Made by a program: the position numbers and the translations under genes
The notes under the pieces: model-generated
The model's database searches: none
Told to the model about the DNA's origin: nothing
What the model saw: the letters and a program-made list of their open reading frames with translations, nothing else
Origin: Candidatus Magasanikiibacteriota bacterium
GTDB taxonomy: Bacteria; Patescibacteriota; Patescibacteriia; Magasanikbacterales; UBA922
Direction: 5' to 3'
Length of the DNA stretch: 51,588 nt
Assembly (NCBI GenBank): GCA_018651085.1
Contig: JABIEQ010000017.1
Location: forward strand, 1 to 51,588
Part shown: piece after piece, positions 45,868 through 51,588 of the stretch
How positions within the stretch are numbered: position 1 is the first letter of the stretch
Layout of the letters: every line of letters begins with the position of its first letter

Positions 45868-46920
45868 TTAGTTCAAGAGGTCTTGATTCCATACAAATCC
45901 ACCTTTTTCTTCGTCAAAATAATACAAATCCCGAATTGCATCGTTGTTATATTGTTCTGCAAGCTCATCAAGATGAGAAAGCACTTCTTCTAACATATTA
46001 ATGCCGGGCTGTTTTGTCTTGAAAAATCGTTCTTCTATACTTGCTCGAATTTCTTTCATTGATGGGGCTTGTTGTGGTGCTTTTACTTCTTCTATGACAT
46101 TAATTGGTATTTTTTTAGTAACCGCTTGAGCTTCTTTTTGTTCTTCTTTTGTATTATTTGGAATATCTTGTTCTTCAGATTCCTCAAACAAAGAAAGCTT
46201 TGGATCTCCAAATATCACATCTTCATCAATGTGCGTTAGTAAAAATGGACCTTGTAATGTTTCAAGGTATTCATCTATAACAACCTCAATATCTCCATCT
46301 TCATAAAAAAACTTCAATAATTCAAGAAAGGCAACAACATTTTGTGTCTGTTTTTTTTCTTCTACAAATACGAGTTCTTGATCCTTGTGATATAGCCACC
46401 CTTCTATATGTGCATAGATATTTGCAAGCTCAATATTTGTTTTATTTTTTTTCGTCGCATACTGTTTTGCAATTTCAGAAATTGTTGGACTGTTTTCTAT
46501 TGTTGGATTTATCCGTACTGATCGTTTGAGAAATTCACTTTTGAGTTTATTAAAGTATGTATGAAGATCAGGGAGACTAATGCTATGCCTGTGAAGATAA
46601 CTCAGAAGATATTCTTCAACAGGGATGTCTAGCATGAATGCGGTTGGTAATTGATAGGTAAAAATATCAATAAATTCTTCCTTATCGTGCCAAAGTACTG
46701 TTTTCCATGAGATAGATACATACCATTTCCAATAAGAATCAAAATAGGTGGCAATTACTTTTGGATCAAATGATTTTGATACAAAAAAATGATGAAGAGC
46801 CACGAATATGCCTTCGATACTTCCCTCTGGATCATGAAAAAGAATAGATAGTTTTCTACTATACTCTTCTTTTTGATCTTCGGTGAGATCCTTAGGTTGT
46901 GTGAACATGGTGATGTCCAT
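45868..46920 (-). CDS. Hypothetical protein in the T4SS-like operon
   Basis: 350-aa acidic ORF, tight spacing with neighbours, C-terminal LYYFDE..G.F.W motif. Confidence 0.75.
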   Translation of the reverse strand: MDITMFTQPKDLTEDQKEEYSRKLSILFHDPEGSIEGIFVALHHFFVSKSFDPKVIATYFDSYWKWYVSISWKTVLWHDKEEFIDIFTYQLPTAFMLDIPVEEYLLSYLHRHSISLPDLHTYFNKLKSEFLKRSVRINPTIENSPTISEIAKQYATKKNKTNIELANIYAHIEGWLYHKDQELVFVEEKKQTQNVVAFLELLKFFYEDGDIEVVIDEYLETLQGPFLLTHIDEDVIFGDPKLSLFEESEEQDIPNNTKEEQKEAQAVTKKIPINVIEEVKAPQQAPSMKEIRASIEERFFKTKQPGINMLEEVLSHLDELAEQYNNDAIRDLYYFDEEKGGFVWNQDLLN

Positions 46921-46928
46921 ACGTCTTC

Positions 46929-49900
46929 TTATTTAAATTTGTTCTTTAACTCTGCCCAAATTTGACTTCTTGGGGATGATTTACCACCAGGGCTAGTAGG
47001 TGGATCATAAAAGTTTAGTGTACTTTCATCTACCCCTAAGGTATTCATGATTTCTAATATAGCACTTACAATATTATCTTTTTGTGCAGGTGATGTTGAT
47101 CTATTAAAATCACGTTCCCAAATACTTATTGCCTCTCCCCAAAAATCTTTTATTTCTGTTTGTTCATCTGTTAATACAAATTTATTTTTACTTTTGTCAT
47201 ATGTTGACTTGTCGAATGTTCCTCCACTTAAAAAGTTAAATACTGAACCATCTTCTTTTGTTACCGCTTTTTTTCCACGAAGTTGTGTTATTCCAAGTGC
47301 AGCAGCTCTTACTTGATCATTATGAAATCCCGTTGATAACTTTGAACCGTCTTTTTTTGTCTTTGTTTTTACAAATGTACGACCATCTCCACTACTTGAA
47401 AAGGTATGATTAACTAATGCTTCTGAAGTTTGAGAGTTGTGACGACTTATCATTCCGTCTGTGTCTCCACCTGTCCCTAACCGGTTTTCTCCACCAAGTC
47501 CAGCTTGGGCAATATTGGCAAACCCTACTTTTCTATCTCCAAATTCATCAATCTGATCCCCAAATTGTGCATAAAACTGCCACTGCCCGTCTGATGCAGC
47601 TTTTGACGATGATGTAAGGAGATTTCTAAACAATAATCCAGATTTATCTTCCTTAAGATCTTTTCGTAATTTTTCTTGAATTTTTCCTGCATCTTCTGCA
47701 CTATCAAAGCTCTTATAGTCCTCTCCTGAAGCTAATCCAAGTAATACTTTATGAAGTTCTTTTGGATCATTTAACTCGTGTTCTTTAAAGGTGTCATTAA
47801 AACTGGCAAGATATTCTCCAAGGAAATTTCCATAGCCTCTTGCAATGGCACTTGCCATAGAACGCATTTGATTTTGTCTTGCGTTTTTAAGGTCAGTTTC
47901 TTCTTGTTGAGTAATTGAGCCATCACTTTCCTTCACTTTTAAATTTTTAATATCACTATAATGAGATTTTATATCACGAAATAACTGCGGAAAATCTTTT
48001 AATGCATATTCTTCAAGTTCTTCTTTATATTGTGAATTTTCCCATTCCCGGAGTTTTCTTTCACCTTTATTTTCTTCTATCCGTAGAATATCTCCAACTT
48101 GCCTTGTTAACCGTTCTGTTTCTGATTTTTGTTTCCCTGTTTTTTGTCCTCCACGACCAGCAGCTTCAAATGCTTCAAAGTAATTCAACCCCTTTATAGC
48201 TTCCAGTCTTACTTTTACCCTGTCTGCTTTCGTCAGACCTTCTGTTGCTTTTTTTCGTGCTTTTTTTAGCCCTCTTTTTTGTGCTCTTTTTGCATTTATC
48301 TCCCTGTTGGCAACTCTTTCTGAATTATTTTCAACATACTCAATAGCTTGTGCTCGTGCATCAGCTTCACTTATATCACTTGCACTTGTAAGTGATGCTA
48401 CCCGTTCATCAATAAACTCACGGGTAAACCCATCAAAGGTCTTTTCATATTTTCCACCTGCTTTGAAAGCTGCAACTTTTTTATCTATATCATCACTAAT
48501 TTCTTTATTATCTTCTGATTTTGTTGTATTTACTCTCGCCACATGTTCTATAGCAGCCACTCTCGTATTTTTTTTCACCTCTACTATAATTTTTTGTCTT
48601 GCGTTCTCTTTCTCAATAATTTTTTCTTTATCAGTATACTCGTCAAACTCACCATCTTCTTCTAAGATTTGCACACGATCATTAAGATACTGCCCAAGCT
48701 CACTGAGGTCTGTTATATCTCCCCCACCATCATGTATAGCAATAGACCCTGCAAAAGAGATTTCATTCAATTCAATCATTTGCCTTGTATCTTTAATCAG
48801 AGATTCTCTTGCTAATTCACCTGCTTGTCCTTTTACATGTTCTATCGCTATTTTTTCTTTCTCTGCATCTTTTAATTTACTTCCATCGGCACCATTAACT
48901 AAAACCTCACCTTTATTAATTTGATCTATATGACCCAGCACGGCATTTTCCACGTCCTGGTCAAGAAATGCTCCCTTGTCAAGCTCTGCTATGATCTTTT
49001 TCTCTCTCTTTTTTATGTCCCCTTTTCCTATTAAGTTTTTCGCTAATCCTTTATCACTTGTTATATCTTCTTCTGAAATATCTAAAAGTGTATCATCATC
49101 TTTTAGTATTTTTTCAGCACGTTCTTTTAATAGCTCAGTCATTCCTTCCTTATACCTTTTACCAAATTCTCCTCTTTGACTTAAGAGCTTTTGTAATTTC
49201 TTTTGATAAAATACTTTATCTTCATAACCACTTGTTTTTTCTTCAGCAAGTCTTGCATCTTCTTTTACTGTTTCAGCCTCGCTTAATTCTTTAAAGTGTT
49301 TTGCTTCTCCACTTCTAAATCCAGGACTTTCTGCTACTTGACTTTCTACTTTCTTTCGTAGTGCTTTTTCTTGTTTTGCAGTAAGTCTGGTACCATCAGC
49401 TTCTAGTTTATTTTTCTCTTTTGAAACTCTATCATCTACCCTATCACTGTAATCTGACAAAATTCGTAGTTTTAATTCTGCTTCACTCTTTTTCTCTGCC
49501 CCATCTTTTACTTCTTTTGCAGCTTTTCTTCTAATAGCTTCTCTTGCAATACCTTCATCACTATTAAAAGCTTTAGCTGATCCCTCGTGCTTATACCTCT
49601 TTGATTGATCGTCAATACTTGTTTGAATTTCTTCAATTTCTCCCTTTCGTCTATCTCCTGATTGGAAAAGCCTTCCGGCATAAGGAGTATTCCTTAACCC
49701 TCTATATGCTTGAAGGGCACCTTTATGTACTTGGTGCTTAAGGGCATTATACCCACTAAGTTTTTTAGCAACTGGTAAAATTGCTTTTCCAACTACAGCT
49801 TTAGTTCCTTTTTTCCCAAGTTCATAGGCTCCCCTTCCAACCACGTACCCAGATCCAATGGCAGCAACGTATTTTCCAAACTTGGTAACGTTACTAAGAA

Positions 49901-51041
49901 GACTTCCACCTTTTACTCCGAGTTTTTGTACTCGCTCTATTCCCATTAACAAAAAGGCTATAGCAATAGCAAGATTAGCCATGTTTTCCCATGTAGTTCC
50001 CGCTGACAGACTTGCTGTGGGGCTTTGTATTACAGCCCCATTATTTAGGCCTGTTACCACTGTTCCTGCTGCGGCTTGTTCTGCACTTGTGGGATCAATT
50101 TGTAATTCTTGCGCAATGGTCCCTGATCCAAACGAGGCAAACGCCAACCACAAGAAAAAGACCATCATTGGGGCTAAAATAACGTGATTGATAAACTCTT
50201 TCCAATATTCTTGAGCGTATGATTTTGTTTGCGGTAGAATCTGTAAAATGTAGGCAAACGGTGAAATAATAATAAGTGTCCAAAGGACTACCATCCGAAT
50301 AAGTAATAATAGAAAGTATACACCTATGGTAATAAGGACTAAGGCTGAAAACATCATGATCATGAAAGATGCCACAAATAGATCAAGCCGTAACCCTTGC
50401 CCTGCGAGTTGTTCTGGCGGAATGGTGTTTGTGATCTTATACAAATCATCTAACCCAAACATGTTGATGATGTTTCCACCAGCAGTTGAGGCAATAGCAT
50501 TTAAAAATGTAATTGTTACCACGTGCGCTGCATCAATAATGATTTGCGCAATGAGTTTACTAAAGTTGATAAGAATGGCTGCAATAACAAGCTTCCCAAG
50601 TGCCTTTTTCCATTCGTATTGTTCAAGTCCTAAGATTGTTCCAAAAGCAATAACGAGTAGTGCTACTACGAAAAACATGTTTGCGAGGTCTCGTATCATG
50701 AACCACCCAATAAGCACTGGTGGCGCATTTGAAAAATCGTTGTATTGTGCGAGCCTAATAAGAAATTCAAGCGCAAACGTTGTGAGCGTAATACATAACT
50801 CCCCAATCGCCAACATGATTTCCGACAATATTCGTATAAACCAATTTGCCGGAGAATTAAACGCTCCAAGATCTACATCTAAACTCCCCCCAGCATCATC
50901 AACGGCAAGGGCAGCATCCCCAAATAAAAATAAACCAATCACAATGCATCCAACAAAAAGCGCACTCAGTAGTAGTGAGCGCTTGTTTGAATTTATCGCA
51001 AACAGCCAGGACGTCAATTGCCTCTTGATTGCTTGGTGCAT
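46929..51041 (-). CDS. VirB6/TrbL-like polytopic membrane protein with ~1000-aa charged C-terminal extension
   Basis: GW..IRDLANMFFV..LL.IAF.TIL, A.LINFS, R.V.LW.L.I.SPFAY...ILP.T...A..YW..F, then a long K/E/R-rich helical region. Confidence 0.75.
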   Translation of the reverse strand: MHQAIKRQLTSWLFAINSNKRSLLLSALFVGCIVIGLFLFGDAALAVDDAGGSLDVDLGAFNSPANWFIRILSEIMLAIGELCITLTTFALEFLIRLAQYNDFSNAPPVLIGWFMIRDLANMFFVVALLVIAFGTILGLEQYEWKKALGKLVIAAILINFSKLIAQIIIDAAHVVTITFLNAIASTAGGNIINMFGLDDLYKITNTIPPEQLAGQGLRLDLFVASFMIMMFSALVLITIGVYFLLLLIRMVVLWTLIIISPFAYILQILPQTKSYAQEYWKEFINHVILAPMMVFFLWLAFASFGSGTIAQELQIDPTSAEQAAAGTVVTGLNNGAVIQSPTASLSAGTTWENMANLAIAIAFLLMGIERVQKLGVKGGSLLSNVTKFGKYVAAIGSGYVVGRGAYELGKKGTKAVVGKAILPVAKKLSGYNALKHQVHKGALQAYRGLRNTPYAGRLFQSGDRRKGEIEEIQTSIDDQSKRYKHEGSAKAFNSDEGIAREAIRRKAAKEVKDGAEKKSEAELKLRILSDYSDRVDDRVSKEKNKLEADGTRLTAKQEKALRKKVESQVAESPGFRSGEAKHFKELSEAETVKEDARLAEEKTSGYEDKVFYQKKLQKLLSQRGEFGKRYKEGMTELLKERAEKILKDDDTLLDISEEDITSDKGLAKNLIGKGDIKKREKKIIAELDKGAFLDQDVENAVLGHIDQINKGEVLVNGADGSKLKDAEKEKIAIEHVKGQAGELARESLIKDTRQMIELNEISFAGSIAIHDGGGDITDLSELGQYLNDRVQILEEDGEFDEYTDKEKIIEKENARQKIIVEVKKNTRVAAIEHVARVNTTKSEDNKEISDDIDKKVAAFKAGGKYEKTFDGFTREFIDERVASLTSASDISEADARAQAIEYVENNSERVANREINAKRAQKRGLKKARKKATEGLTKADRVKVRLEAIKGLNYFEAFEAAGRGGQKTGKQKSETERLTRQVGDILRIEENKGERKLREWENSQYKEELEEYALKDFPQLFRDIKSHYSDIKNLKVKESDGSITQQEETDLKNARQNQMRSMASAIARGYGNFLGEYLASFNDTFKEHELNDPKELHKVLLGLASGEDYKSFDSAEDAGKIQEKLRKDLKEDKSGLLFRNLLTSSSKAASDGQWQFYAQFGDQIDEFGDRKVGFANIAQAGLGGENRLGTGGDTDGMISRHNSQTSEALVNHTFSSSGDGRTFVKTKTKKDGSKLSTGFHNDQVRAAALGITQLRGKKAVTKEDGSVFNFLSGGTFDKSTYDKSKNKFVLTDEQTEIKDFWGEAISIWERDFNRSTSPAQKDNIVSAILEIMNTLGVDESTLNFYDPPTSPGGKSSPRSQIWAELKNKFK

Positions 51042-51134
51042 GGAAACCAAACATTGTGTTTATATAATAGTCACAGTATAGCATATTTTGTGGTATCAAG
51101 AAACTATTTTTTGATCCCATCCACAATGCCCCTG

Positions 51135-51155
51135 AATTAAACAAATTGTTTAATT
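51135..51155. promoter_or_regulatory. 10-1-10 palindrome between divergent promoters (possible operator)
   Basis: AATTAAACAA-A-TTGTTTAATT; minus-strand TGcTATACT at 51076-51084 and plus-strand TTGACA-17-TAGCAT at 51178-51206. Confidence 0.45.
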
Positions 51156-51315
51156 TGTGCTTATTTTAGCGAGTTATTTGACATAGTAATTTACGATTGC
51201 TAGCATACCAATATTGCTTCATATCTTGGAGGGGCATAGAGCTATTTTTTTAATATAGCTATCGATATGACTATTCTTCTTTTTTCTCACCTTTAGTCTG
51301 TTTTACTGCATTTAT

Positions 51316-51588
51316 ATGATAAAACAGACACTTCTTACATTTCTTTTGGTGGTATTTACTCTTACCCCCTCTATGACAGCTCTGGCACAGAGCTCCTCTT
51401 TGGCTATCCCTTCAAGCACAGCGCCTCTTGAAATTTTAGAAGAAGAGCCTTCTTTTGCACATTTAACCTATCCTCTTCTCATGCAAAGAGTTCTTGAAGG
51501 AAGTACTCCTCTTGATCCTTCTCTATCTTCCAGTGAACTTGGTGCAGATTTTGTTTCTTTTATTGATCAAGAAGAAGAACGACTTCAG
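51316..51588 (+). CDS. Secreted protein, N-terminal part (runs off the window)
   Basis: Open frame MIKQTLLTFLLVVFTLTPSMTALAQSSSLAIP... (signal peptide with ALA cleavage motif), no stop before the window end; not in the ORF track. Confidence 0.7.
   Translation, partial: MIKQTLLTFLLVVFTLTPSMTALAQSSSLAIPSSTAPLEILEEEPSFAHLTYPLLMQRVLEGSTPLDPSLSSSELGADFVSFIDQEEERLQ

Noticed and set aside
42237..51081. Long plus-strand ORFs 42237-42956, 48307-48924 and 50326-51081
   Set aside because: In-register antisense to virB4 and the virB6-like gene; no motifs or expression signals.
1..51588. Alternative genetic code (UGA=Gly) as in Gracilibacteria/Absconditabacteria
   Set aside because: Conserved genes are full length under code 11, and TGA terminates genes (e.g. 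14508, 43564).

Overview
Chromosomal segment of an AT-rich bacterium with a gene set typical of Patescibacteria/CPR (Parcubacteria-like; inferred from the gene set, the chromosomal PrgI/VirB4/VirB6-like locus and pilin-like fusion proteins; standard genetic code, TGA used as stop). Housekeeping genes: clpP end, pheS, pheT, rseP, lemA, htpX, phosphomannomutase, clpC, radA, recG, der, pth, folC, topA, a short RelA/SpoT, tRNA-Arg(GCG). Envelope genes: VanW, LCP, a secreted beta-helix protein, a monoderm-type T4SS-like operon, and a tight operon (beta-propeller, DsbA, two VirB2/pilin-like membrane hairpins fused to different predicted hydrolases, radA). The most unexpected signals are intergenic. 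Three regions (195-630, 27157-27494, 39258-39513) hold promoter-bearing, structured small transcription units without conventional annotation. Two of them look like pairs of small RNAs with mutual base complementarity; the clearest is a 12-nt perfect match at the predicted +1 of one RNA to the hairpin of its neighbour. All family calls come from motif recognition and hand folding; no search or folding program was run.
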